Assembly: GCA_041483895.1 (NCBI GenBank)
Contig: JBGPGO010000007.1
Coordinates: forward strand, 128,001 to 192,000
Length of the DNA: 64,000 nucleotides
Source of the DNA: Fimbriimonadia bacterium
GTDB taxonomy: Bacteria > Armatimonadota > Fimbriimonadia > Fimbriimonadales > JABRVX01
Direction: 5' to 3'
Shown: piece after piece, positions 1-8,141 of the stretch
Layout of the letters: each line of letters begins with the position of its first letter
Numbering within the stretch: the first letter of the stretch is position 1
Position numbers and translations under genes: made by a program
Notes under the pieces: model-generated
What the model was told of the DNA's origin: nothing
Seen by the model: the letters and a program-made list of their open reading frames with translations, nothing else
The model's database searches: none

Positions 1-1949
1 ATCCTGCCCGTCTTCAGAAACTCGCGCTGGGCGCCCTCCGGGAAAGGGTAGGCACGGGGCGGGAACAGTTTGTCTTCGTGGAACTGCTCGTCCAGCCCGA
101 CTTCCGGGTCGTGTACGTTCAGCCGGACTGGACCCTCCAGCAATTGCTCCAGTGTGATGCCCGCGGATTCCTTCCCGCCCGTTTCGAGAAGGATGCGAAT
201 CGCGTCGTGCTCCGTTAAATCGAAGTAGTGTGAGAGGGTAGGATCGATGCGCTTGATGAGCTCTTGCACAACCCAGAATTCGGTCTTGCTATCGAACTGC
301 GGCTTCACCACCTCTTGCTGTATTTGGAGATACGGGTGGCAGCCGGTGCCGACCAGCTCGTACTTCTCCCAAAAGGTTGGAGCGGGAAGAACGATGTCGG
401 CGTACTCGCAGGTTGGCGACATCGAGAAGTCTGAAACAACGAACAGCTCCATTTCATCAATCGACTGCTTCAGCGGACCAGAAAATTCGGTGACGAGCGG
501 ATTGGCGTGGGACACGAACATCATCTTTACGCCGTGAGTTGGGTAGTGGATTTTCGGGTTGATCGTTGCCGTGGGCTTCCCCATTACGACGTAGTGCATA
601 GGCAGCGATTTGGGCCGGCGACCCTCGGGGAACCAGAACCCGCTGACGTCAATCCGGAAGTGGTGTTGGCCGGAGTAGATGGACACCCCTTCGCCCGGTT
701 TGCCGTAGGCGCCGGCGAGAGCGCCAAGGAGCAGGATTGCCCGAATGGTCAGGTCCCCGTGCATACGGTGATTGACCCCCATGCCGATGATGATGGAGGC
801 GGGGCGAGTCGTGGCGTACTCCCTTGCGACCTGGCGAATCGTCTCCGCGGGCATGTCCGTCAGTTTCGCCGCGTTCTCGGCACGATATTCTTCCCGCATG
901 ATCGTCTCTTCGAGCAGCTCGAAGACTGGCCGCACCTGTACCTCTTGCCCGTTGATTGTTACGACATGGGCGCCGCGAAAGACGGGCTTGTAATCGTCCG
1001 GAAGGCGAAGAGAATCCATCGACAGCTTGAAGAGGCTGTCGGTAGCCTCGTTCCAGGTCACAAACTCGTTCTCAGAGCCCATCCCAACGTCGGACGCCCG
1101 GAGGCGCATCCCGTTGTCCTCACGGATTAGGGTCGCACAGTCCGTGTACTTTCGGAGGAACTCCCAATCCACAAGATCATCTTCTATCAGCACCCGGCAA
1201 AAGGCGAGGGCGAGGGCGCCATCGGTCCCAGGAGTGATGGGAAGCCATAGGTCGGCCCCTTTCGCCGTCTGGCTGCATCGGGGGTCGATGGACACGATCT
1301 TGCAGCCGTTCTGCTGCTTGGCAAAGCGAGTGAGGAATTGGCCGTCTGGGATTCGCGTTTGGAAAACGTTGCTGGCCCACAGTATCGCGTACTTCGCAAA
1401 TCCCCAACTTCGCGACTCGCACTCCACAGAGTCGATCCCCAGTGTGTGGGTGAATCCCATCGAGATGTCGCCATTGAAATCGTACGCTGTGGCGAATGAC
1501 ATGCCGAGCAGGGAGGCCATGCGGACCTGCGCGCCCTTCTGCACGTACCCTGTCCCCACCACTTGGTTGAACAGCAACGCGTGGTCCATCCCATACTTGT
1601 CTCGGATCTCCTTCATTTTGTCCGCGATGGTATCGAGCGCCTCATCCCAGCTCGCCACGCGCCATTTCCCCTCCCCGCGCTCCCCAACGCGGATCAGAGG
1701 CGTCTTTATCCGATCGGGTCCGTAGATAATGTGGGTCATCGCCATCCCACGCAGGCAGCCCCGGGGGTTGTAGTCGCTGCAAGAATAGTCGCCGGCCGGC
1801 TTCAGGTCCACAATTATGTCGTCGACGACGGTGGCGAGCCAACCGCAGGCTCCGGTGCAATTCGGGCTGTCGGTCGTCCGGACTACCCTCGCATCCCCCT
1901 TCGGTTCTTCCTGCTTTTGCCTACCCGGAACTCCGTACCGTGTGGCCAT
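1..1949 (-). CDS. Molybdopterin oxidoreductase catalytic alpha subunit, type II DMSO-reductase family (NarG/SerA/EbdA-like); runs off the left edge
   Basis: Absent from the ORF track; translated by hand. RBS GAGGAGGAG then ATG 1949: MATRYGVPG..RTTDSPNCTGACGW..YNPRGCLRG..YGPDRIKTPLIRVGERGEGKWRVASWDEAL..AYDFNGDISMG..QTRIPDG..GADLWLPITPGTDGALA..EYADIVLPA..KTGR. Confidence 0.9.
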   Translation of the reverse strand, partial: MATRYGVPGRQKQEEPKGDARVVRTTDSPNCTGACGWLATVVDDIIVDLKPAGDYSCSDYNPRGCLRGMAMTHIIYGPDRIKTPLIRVGERGEGKWRVASWDEALDTIADKMKEIRDKYGMDHALLFNQVVGTGYVQKGAQVRMASLLGMSFATAYDFNGDISMGFTHTLGIDSVECESRSWGFAKYAILWASNVFQTRIPDGQFLTRFAKQQNGCKIVSIDPRCSQTAKGADLWLPITPGTDGALALAFCRVLIEDDLVDWEFLRKYTDCATLIREDNGMRLRASDVGMGSENEFVTWNEATDSLFKLSMDSLRLPDDYKPVFRGAHVVTINGQEVQVRPVFELLEETIMREEYRAENAAKLTDMPAETIRQVAREYATTRPASIIIGMGVNHRMHGDLTIRAILLLGALAGAYGKPGEGVSIYSGQHHFRIDVSGFWFPEGRRPKSLPMHYVVMGKPTATINPKIHYPTHGVKMMFVSHANPLVTEFSGPLKQSIDEMELFVVSDFSMSPTCEYADIVLPAPTFWEKYELVGTGCHPYLQIQQEVVKPQFDSKTEFWVVQELIKRIDPTLSHYFDLTEHDAIRILLETGGKESAGITLEQLLEGPVRLNVHDPEVGLDEQFHEDKLFPPRAYPFPEGAQREFLKTGR

Positions 1950-2000
1950 AGCTACTCCTCCTCATCGTCTGTATTCTATGGCTGAGGGAGAGGAGCGGTC

Positions 2001-2016
2001 TATGATTTGCGTCATA
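2001..2016. promoter_or_regulatory. Crp/Fnr-type box TATGA-tttgcg-TCATA upstream of the Mo enzyme
   Basis: Dyad with 6-bp spacer; minus-strand -10 TAGAAT at 1978-1973 gives class II geometry; three similar boxes nearby. Confidence 0.7.
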
Positions 2017-2064
2017 GCGCTTGGAGAATCAACTTGGTAACCTAAAGTGGCCAGGGAGATTCCT

Positions 2065-2183
2065 GATGCGACCGGTCTCCTGACCGAGTCGCAGGTTCTT
2101 CCGGGGTCTCCTGACCGGACAAACGACGGGCAGTCAGGAGACCTAAAGAATGGTTGCGACTCGGTCAGGAGACCGGTCGCATC
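2065..2183. repeat. Inverted pair of family-A palindromic elements (TTGCGACTCGGTCAGGAGACCGGTCGCATC)
   Basis: 2065-2118 is the reverse complement of a block nearly identical to 4639-4692; forward copy at 2154-2183. Confidence 0.9.
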
Positions 2184-2234
2184 GCGGGACTAAGCTGAAG
2201 TGGCTAGGGAGATGGGCCATCGAATCGCCAAAAG

Positions 2235-2250
2235 TTTTGACTAGTCAAAA
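2235..2250. promoter_or_regulatory. Perfect 16-bp palindrome TTTTGACTAGTCAAAA upstream of the feo operon; putative metal-responsive repressor site
   Basis: Perfect dyad just upstream of a TTGACC-18-TATACT promoter candidate (2268-2297). Confidence 0.55.
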
Positions 2251-2306
2251 AATAATCTTAGCCGGTGTTGACCAATAGCGCCGTACCCGAATATACTGAT
2301 GGGAGC

Positions 2307-2861
2307 ATGCCACAGATGACGCTTCGTTCGGAAGAGGTCCGGGACCCGCAATGTAAGGCCGAGTGCCGGGATTCCATCGTCGCGATCGTCGGCAACCCAA
2401 ACGTCGGCAAGAGCGTGCTCTTCCATCGATTGACCGGCCGGTACGTCACGGTTTCGAACTACCCCGGAACGACGGTCGAGGTGTGCAAGGGCGGTTGCCA
2501 ATTAAAGGACAAGAGCCTCTGCGTGATCGATACGCCGGGAATGTACGGCCTCAACCCGTTTACGGAAGAGGAGCGGGTGGCCCGCAGGCTGCTGAAGGAG
2601 GCCAAGCCGGACCTGGTTCTGCATGTTGTGGATGCGAAGAACCTGCGCCGCATGCTTCCGCTCACCGTTCAGCTCATCGAGGCCGGCTTCAAGGTCGTCC
2701 TCGTGTTGAACATGATGGACGAGTTAGAAAGGGCCGGCATGTCGGTCAACACGCGCGCCTTAAGCGAGAAGCTCGGAATCCCGGTCGCCCCGACCGCCTG
2801 TATCGTTGGCCGGGGCGTATGCGGGCTGCAGGACATTATCCATGAGCAGCTCCGCTCCTAG
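2307..2861 (+). CDS. feoB: FeoB small GTPase domain protein (split feoB, N-terminal part)
   Basis: GNPNVGKS, VSNYPGTTVE, DTPGMY and NMMDE G-motifs; GGAG before ATG. Confidence 0.9.
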   Translation: MPQMTLRSEEVRDPQCKAECRDSIVAIVGNPNVGKSVLFHRLTGRYVTVSNYPGTTVEVCKGGCQLKDKSLCVIDTPGMYGLNPFTEEERVARRLLKEAKPDLVLHVVDAKNLRRMLPLTVQLIEAGFKVVLVLNMMDELERAGMSVNTRALSEKLGIPVAPTACIVGRGVCGLQDIIHEQLRS

Positions 2862-4407
2862 CCTCGACCTGACCTATTCCCCTGCCGTTGAGCAAGCTAT
2901 TTCTGAGATCGAGGACCATCTGGTCGGCGATTACGGTCTTTCCCGCCGCGCGATTGCGATGCTTGCGCTGCAAGGCGACGAAGAGGTCTTGGAATGGATC
3001 GACGCGCAAGAGGGACACAAGGCGGCAGAGGCGGTTCGAGCCGGCATCGCGAACAACTTGCGACTCGGTCAGGAGACCGGTCGCATCGAGGAGACCGGTC
3101 GGATCCAGCCGGAGAACAACTTGCGACTCGGTCAGGAGACCGGTCGCATCCAGCTTGCGATTTCGATGGAATTGCAGGAGTGGGCCTCGAACGTCGCGGA
3201 CGATGCGCTTTCCACGCCAACCGAGAGGAAGACTCCGTCTGGTGAATGGCTCGGACAGGTGTGTGCTTCGCCGGTCTTCGGCCTCCCGATCTTGGTCCTG
3301 GTCGTCTATTTCGGCCTATACCAGTTCGTTGGCGTCTTCGGCGGCGGGACCGTGGTCAATTGGCTCGAAAACGGGGTGTTCGGAACCTATGTCAATCCAT
3401 ATGTGACGAATTTCTTCGCGGCAATTGTGCCTTGGGAATCGATCCGAATGCTGTTCGTGGGCGAGTACGGCATTATCACGCTTGGCGTCACCTACGCGAT
3501 CGCATTGATCCTTCCGCTGGTCACGTTCTACTTTCTGGTCTTCGCGGTTCTGGAGGACAGCGGCTACCTGCCGCGCCTCGCGATGCTGGTCGACCGGGTA
3601 TTCAAGAAGCTAGGGCTCAACGGCCGCGCGGTGATTCCGATCGTGTTGGGATTCGGCTGCGATACGATGGCAACGATCGTGACGCGGATTCTGGAGACGA
3701 AGCGCGAACGGATCATCGCCACAGTTCTACTCAGCCTCACCATCCCCTGCTCCGCACAGCTCGCCGTAATCATGAGTCTGCTGGCGATGCGGCCCGCGAA
3801 ACTCCACCTGCTGGGTCTATCCATGGCTACGGGCCTGCTGGTTTGGGCATCCGTGCTGGTCATTGTTTTCTTGTTCGCGGGATTCCTCGCCGCGCGCCTC
3901 ACGCCGGGAAAAGCGACGCCCTTCTTCCTGGAGTTGCCGCCCATGCGCTGGCCGAGCTTTGCGAACGTTGTCGCAAAGACGCTCTCACGGCTCCACTGGT
4001 ATTTCCTGGAGGTCTTTCCGCTCTTTATCTGGGCGAGCGTGATGATCTGGATCGGCCAGATCACGGGCCTATTCGCGATCGTCGTCAACGGCCTAGAGCC
4101 GCTTGTCCGGTTCATCGGGCTGCCAAACGAAGCCGCGACGGCGTTTCTGTTCGGTTTCTTCCGAAGAGACTATGGAGCGGCCGGGCTCATGAAGGTCGCG
4201 GGCGAAGGCGGCCTAACCGGCACGCAGATCGTGGTGGCATGCGTGACACTGACGCTTTTCCTGCCATGCGTGGCGCAGTTTCTGATTGTGAAGAAAGAGC
4301 GCGGCTGGAAGATGGCGATCGGGATGGCTCTGACGACCTTCGTGGTGGCAATCTCCGTTGGCGCTGGATTGTCACGACTTCTTGCCGTGTGGACATTATC
4401 ACTGTGA
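2842..4407 (+). CDS. feoB: FeoB membrane domain protein (split feoB, C-terminal part) with an in-frame repeat insertion
   Basis: LEDSGYLPRLA, LGFGC, IPCSAQL, FFLELPP and FLPCVAQF motifs. Confidence 0.9.
   Translation: MSSSAPSLDLTYSPAVEQAISEIEDHLVGDYGLSRRAIAMLALQGDEEVLEWIDAQEGHKAAEAVRAGIANNLRLGQETGRIEETGRIQPENNLRLGQETGRIQLAISMELQEWASNVADDALSTPTERKTPSGEWLGQVCASPVFGLPILVLVVYFGLYQFVGVFGGGTVVNWLENGVFGTYVNPYVTNFFAAIVPWESIRMLFVGEYGIITLGVTYAIALILPLVTFYFLVFAVLEDSGYLPRLAMLVDRVFKKLGLNGRAVIPIVLGFGCDTMATIVTRILETKRERIIATVLLSLTIPCSAQLAVIMSLLAMRPAKLHLLGLSMATGLLVWASVLVIVFLFAGFLAARLTPGKATPFFLELPPMRWPSFANVVAKTLSRLHWYFLEVFPLFIWASVMIWIGQITGLFAIVVNGLEPLVRFIGLPNEAATAFLFGFFRRDYGAAGLMKVAGEGGLTGTQIVVACVTLTLFLPCVAQFLIVKKERGWKMAIGMALTTFVVAISVGAGLSRLLAVWTLSL
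3051..3150 (+). repeat. Family-A element cluster inside the feoB coding sequence (two full copies and one partial)
   Basis: GAACAACTTGCGACTCGGTCAGGAGACCGGTCGCATC at 3051 and 3114; encodes NNLRLGQETGRI twice. Confidence 0.9.
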
Positions 4408-4420
4408 GGTCCGCTCCCGG

Positions 4421-4813
4421 ATGATGACCTGCGCAGGATGCGGCAGACAGTTCAGCGAAAGGGATGCGGACGCCGGCTGTCAGGGGTGCGGCGCGCACGG
4501 AGGCTGCCACCTGATCAAGTGCCCCTACTGCCACTACGAGCAGGCGGCGATGCCGAGATGGGTGGCCAAACTCAAGGACCTGATGACCGGCAAGAAGGGC
4601 AACTTCACACCGCTTTACCAGAACCGCCCGGCGCCTGACCGGTCAGGAGACCCCGGAAGAACTTGCGACTCGGTCGGGAGACCGGTCGCATCCAGCGGAC
4701 CGGTCGCATCGGGGGAGCCAGGCGAACTTGCGACTCGGTCAGGAGACCGGTCGCATCCAGAGCATCCAGAACGGTCGCATCCAGAGCATCCAGAACCGGA
4801 GATACCGGAATAG
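4421..4813 (+). CDS. Cys-rich feo-associated protein (7 Cys) with a repeat-derived C-terminal tail
   Basis: CxxC-x12-CxxC-x5-C-x4-CxxC motif; lies between feoB and feoA. Confidence 0.65.
   Translation: MMTCAGCGRQFSERDADAGCQGCGAHGGCHLIKCPYCHYEQAAMPRWVAKLKDLMTGKKGNFTPLYQNRPAPDRSGDPGRTCDSVGRPVASSGPVASGEPGELATRSGDRSHPEHPERSHPEHPEPEIPE
4635..4796 (+). repeat. Family-A element cluster with short tandem duplications
   Basis: Two full copies, partial GACCGGTCGCATC units and repeated GCATCCAGA. Confidence 0.9.
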
Positions 4814-5031
4814 TGCGTCTCGATCAGCTTCCAAAAGGCGTCGAGGCGACGGTAACCGCTGTTTCGCAAGAAGACGGTCATTGGCGTAAGTTCATGGCAT
4901 TCGGCATCCGTCCCGGCGCTCGAATCACGGTAACCCAGCGCTTTCCGGCGTTTGTCGTCCGAGCCGGCCACACGCAAGTGGCGATCGATCGACAGGCCGC
5001 CGCCCTTGTCACCGTCGAGCCTACCTGCTAG
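4813..5031 (+). CDS. feoA: FeoA family protein
   Basis: LDQLPKG..KFMAFGIRPGARITVTQRFP..QVAID; GTG overlaps the upstream TAG. Confidence 0.8.
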   Translation: MRLDQLPKGVEATVTAVSQEDGHWRKFMAFGIRPGARITVTQRFPAFVVRAGHTQVAIDRQAAALVTVEPTC

Positions 5032-5039
5032 ACACCGCC

Positions 5040-5357
5040 TTATTCGGCGTCTCCGAGAACGTCCTGAACCCACGAAAGACCCTTCATCATGTTGGGGAAA
5101 CCGCAACCGGTGAGGGTCAGGATCGCGGCGTGACGAATCTCCGCCGGCGAGGCCCCGGCCTCCAGCGCCTTCCGGACTTGACTATGAGTTCCGCCTTCCA
5201 GCCCGGCGGCGATAGCGATGCCTATCTTGATCAGTTGCCGCGTCTTTCCATCGAGGGGTCCCGCCGCCGAAACGGCTTTGCCGAGCGAGCCGTATGCGTC
5301 CGAGATCTCCGGATACTGTCGCATGAATTCTTTGAATTGCTTTGGTACGTTGTCCAT
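5040..5357 (-). CDS. Carboxymuconolactone decarboxylase (CMD/AhpD-like) family protein
   Basis: GPLDGKTRQLIKIGIA..HSQVRKALEAGASPAEI; start moved to MDNVPK. Confidence 0.85.
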   Translation of the reverse strand: MDNVPKQFKEFMRQYPEISDAYGSLGKAVSAAGPLDGKTRQLIKIGIAIAAGLEGGTHSQVRKALEAGASPAEIRHAAILTLTGCGFPNMMKGLSWVQDVLGDAE

Positions 5358-5395
5358 AACTTGGGATGATACTACGCGCCAATCGGAAAAAGGGC

Positions 5396-5411
5396 TATGA
5401 TTCGCGTCACA
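5396..5411. promoter_or_regulatory. Crp/Fnr-type box TATGA-ttcgcg-TCACA between CMD and mobA
   Basis: Minus-strand -10 TAGTAT at 5374-5369 puts the box centre near -41.5. Confidence 0.7.
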
Positions 5412-5412
5412 T

Positions 5413-5934
5413 ATGATCGAGGCATTTCTTCTCACGGGCGGCGGAGGAAAGCGGATGGGGAGGGACAAAGCCTCGCTTCCTATCGATGGTGTTCCGATGG
5501 CGGAGCGAATTGCGTTGGCTCTCGGCGGGCTGCCTGTGACGGTCCTGGGGAGGAGCGCTATCGAGGGCTTCGACTTCCTGCCGGACGCAGAGGAGTTTCA
5601 GGGCCCGGCTGTTGCGTTGAGCCGCGCGAAGCCTAAACGGGAACTGGTTTTCGTGGTCGCTTGCGACCTGCCGCGTTTCGACGCGCGCATCGTTGCCCTA
5701 TTAGAATCCCATTTGGGCGGAAGTGAGGCAGCCGTTCCCTTGGTTGGGGGCAAGTTGCAGCCTTTGTGCGCCCTATACCGCGAGCGCGCCTTTGAACGGT
5801 TAATCGGTTGCCGTTCGATGATGGCGTGGCTGGATCGACTGAACGTCGTTGCCGTCGAAGAGAGTGAGATTTGGAAGGAAGGCATTGACCCGGCGTCCCT
5901 CCGGGGCGCCAATAAGCCGTCCGAGTTGGGCTAG
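5413..5934 (+). CDS. mobA: Molybdenum cofactor guanylyltransferase
   Basis: LTGGGGKRMGRDKA, QGP, VACDLP and QPLCALY motifs. Confidence 0.85.
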   Translation: MIEAFLLTGGGGKRMGRDKASLPIDGVPMAERIALALGGLPVTVLGRSAIEGFDFLPDAEEFQGPAVALSRAKPKRELVFVVACDLPRFDARIVALLESHLGGSEAAVPLVGGKLQPLCALYRERAFERLIGCRSMMAWLDRLNVVAVEESEIWKEGIDPASLRGANKPSELG

Positions 5935-6665
5935 CTTTGAACCGCCTCCGCCAGCGAATGTGGGTCAATGATTGCGATGTGCTTGTTGTTCGTGCTGATA
6001 ACCCGATCTTTCTGCCATCGCGACATCACGCGAATGGTCGTTTCTACCGTTGTTCCGGCCATCTCCGAAATGTCTTGGCGCGTGAGCGGGACGGCGATTT
6101 CCACGCCCGTACCAGTGTCGAGACCATACGAGTCCGCAAGAATGAGCAGCACCGCCGCGATCCGGCTTTCGACCCGGCCCGACGAAAGCCGAGACATCAT
6201 GTCGTGGGCTCGACGCAACCGGGGACCGATGGCCCGCACCACCTGATCCTTCAGCCCCGCGCTGGCCTGATAGATCGGCTGCAATATTCTTGTCGGGATT
6301 TTCAAATACCACGTGTTCGTAGCCGCTATGGCATTGAGCGGAAAGGCGCGGCCCTCGATCGCCGCGAGCAGCCCAAAACACTGGCCGGGTCCAAGCAGCT
6401 CCATCGCCACTTCCTGTCCTTTTGGAGAGTACTTTGTCATTTTCAGGAAACCCGCCCCAACAATCCCAACAACATCGGAGGGCGATCCGGCGGCCCAGAG
6501 CATCTCTCCTCGAACCGCGTAGGCCATGAACGAGTGATCGGCAAGCTCGGCCCGTTCGCGTTCCGTCAACGCATTCAGCAACGTGCATGCTTCCAAGGCC
6601 GCAAGGTTCGACGGCCTTTCCGGCACTTCACCGAAAGTGGTGCGGGCAGTTTCTCGTTTAGGCAT
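5931..6665 (-). CDS. Crp/Fnr family transcriptional regulator (no FNR Cys cluster)
   Basis: cNMP-like domain LLGPGQCFG; HTH LTRQDISEMAGTTVETTIR. Confidence 0.92.
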   Translation of the reverse strand: MPKRETARTTFGEVPERPSNLAALEACTLLNALTERERAELADHSFMAYAVRGEMLWAAGSPSDVVGIVGAGFLKMTKYSPKGQEVAMELLGPGQCFGLLAAIEGRAFPLNAIAATNTWYLKIPTRILQPIYQASAGLKDQVVRAIGPRLRRAHDMMSRLSSGRVESRIAAVLLILADSYGLDTGTGVEIAVPLTRQDISEMAGTTVETTIRVMSRWQKDRVISTNNKHIAIIDPHSLAEAVQS

Positions 6666-7989
6666 GAGAGAGTCTCCTCGATCTGAGCATCGGACGCGCG
6701 ACGCACCACGCCCAAATGGCTATTGCCGTCAGTTCAATGAACCCCGTGATGCTCATTGGCGCGAACGCATGAGGAGTATAGTCGCTCGCGACCTCCAGGA
6801 CAACTCGCAGCGCATTGCCGAGATTGAGTAGTACAAATACGATCCAGAGGGACGGAGCGGCATTTTCGGTAATATCGTTCATCCGGGTGACGACGTGCAT
6901 ACTTACGCCGACGATCATCTGGGAGATGAAACCGACGGTCAGCGCGTGGCGAATCGCGCCGATAAAGGCGTGGGAGAAAGGCTGACCGATCAAGCGTAGG
7001 TGCAAGGGTTCCATCACCATAAGGAATCCGCTGACAATCAGCCAAATCATGGCCGCCCGGATGAATTTGTGCGATGGCAGCCTGGTCTCAAGCGCCTCGA
7101 ACATCCGCGTGTTTGCAACCAGCACCATCGCGCCCAACGCGATCAGCGCGCCGCCTAGGAAATAAATATTTCCTGCACCTGGCGCCATATCGCTGTCCAT
7201 GTACCGCAGCCAACCCACCATCCTGCACAGCAAGCCGCCGTTCCACAGGGCGAAGCCAATGAGCCCCATGATGCGGGACGGTTTGGCGGCGCCAAAACAG
7301 CTGTTCATCTTGACGAGGGCAACGCCGAAGATCATCATCGGCACAAAGCCTAGAAATTGCGCTTCTCGATAAGGAGGAAACCAGCGAGCGACGAACGCAA
7401 TGCTCGCGGTCGGATCCACTTGGTGCGATAGCGCAAAGTAGAACGGCTCAGCAAGCGCGACGAGCATCCACCATCCGAGCGAGGCGAAGACGAACACCGT
7501 CTGCCATGTCAGTCCTTCGCCGGATTTGTGCCGCGTAATGCCGATTGTCGCGATGAAAAGGGCAACTCCTAATGCTTGCAAAACCGACGACAGGACGCCA
7601 ACGGGCAGCCATACGGTCCGGTCGACGGCGACGAGCGGTTCGGCGGCGAAACGAAGTCCGATCCCGACGGCCAGCAGAACCAGAATCCAGGCGGCCAATC
7701 TATGGAACAACTCTGAACGTCCTATGCTCGGTGGGTGCTGCTGCAGCGCGAAACCGACGATGAAGAAGCCGACCCATCCGTAAAGCTGGGAGTTCGCATG
7801 AGCGAGGACATATGGCGTCCAAACGCTCGCCGCATAGTTGCCCCGCATTGCGATCCCGAACAGAGCCACCGCGCCCAATAGGCATCCGGCTGTGAGAGCG
7901 GCGAGCATGCCGCTGAGGAAGAACGGCCGGTAGATGGCGACGTTTGCGCGCGTATTCGGATTAATTGCCAGCGTGATGGGCGTTCTCAA
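6658..7989 (-). CDS. nnrS: NnrS family membrane protein
   Basis: About 12 TM segments; AHANSQLYGWVGFFIVGF and RHALTVGFISQMIVG; start codon uncertain. Confidence 0.7.
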   Translation of the reverse strand: MRTPITLAINPNTRANVAIYRPFFLSGMLAALTAGCLLGAVALFGIAMRGNYAASVWTPYVLAHANSQLYGWVGFFIVGFALQQHPPSIGRSELFHRLAAWILVLLAVGIGLRFAAEPLVAVDRTVWLPVGVLSSVLQALGVALFIATIGITRHKSGEGLTWQTVFVFASLGWWMLVALAEPFYFALSHQVDPTASIAFVARWFPPYREAQFLGFVPMMIFGVALVKMNSCFGAAKPSRIMGLIGFALWNGGLLCRMVGWLRYMDSDMAPGAGNIYFLGGALIALGAMVLVANTRMFEALETRLPSHKFIRAAMIWLIVSGFLMVMEPLHLRLIGQPFSHAFIGAIRHALTVGFISQMIVGVSMHVVTRMNDITENAAPSLWIVFVLLNLGNALRVVLEVASDYTPHAFAPMSITGFIELTAIAIWAWCVARPMLRSRRLSHA

Positions 7990-8120
7990 CCGAACATGGC
8001 CTCTCTGCGCCTTTTCGCGCTAAGAACCGTCAAGCCATTGAACATCGAACAAGACTCGATGACGGCAATGTTGGCCGGCCGATCAGGCGGCAAATCGTAA
8101 ACTTCAGAATGAGTTTGCAT
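7986..8120 (-). pseudogene. Truncated N-terminal remnant of a second Crp/Fnr paralog (44 aa)
   Basis: DLPPDRPANIAVIESCSMFNGLT aligns with EVPERPSNLAALEACTLLNALT of the 5931-6665 regulator. Confidence 0.6.
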
Positions 8121-8141
8121 CACACACCCCCAATCTTCATG

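Noticed and set aside
247..1985. Plus-strand ORFs of 96-232 aa
   Set aside because: Antisense shadows of the minus-strand Mo enzyme.
3051..4796. CRISPR array from family-A repeats
   Set aside because: Spacing is irregular, copies are partial or inverted, and they lie within ORFs.
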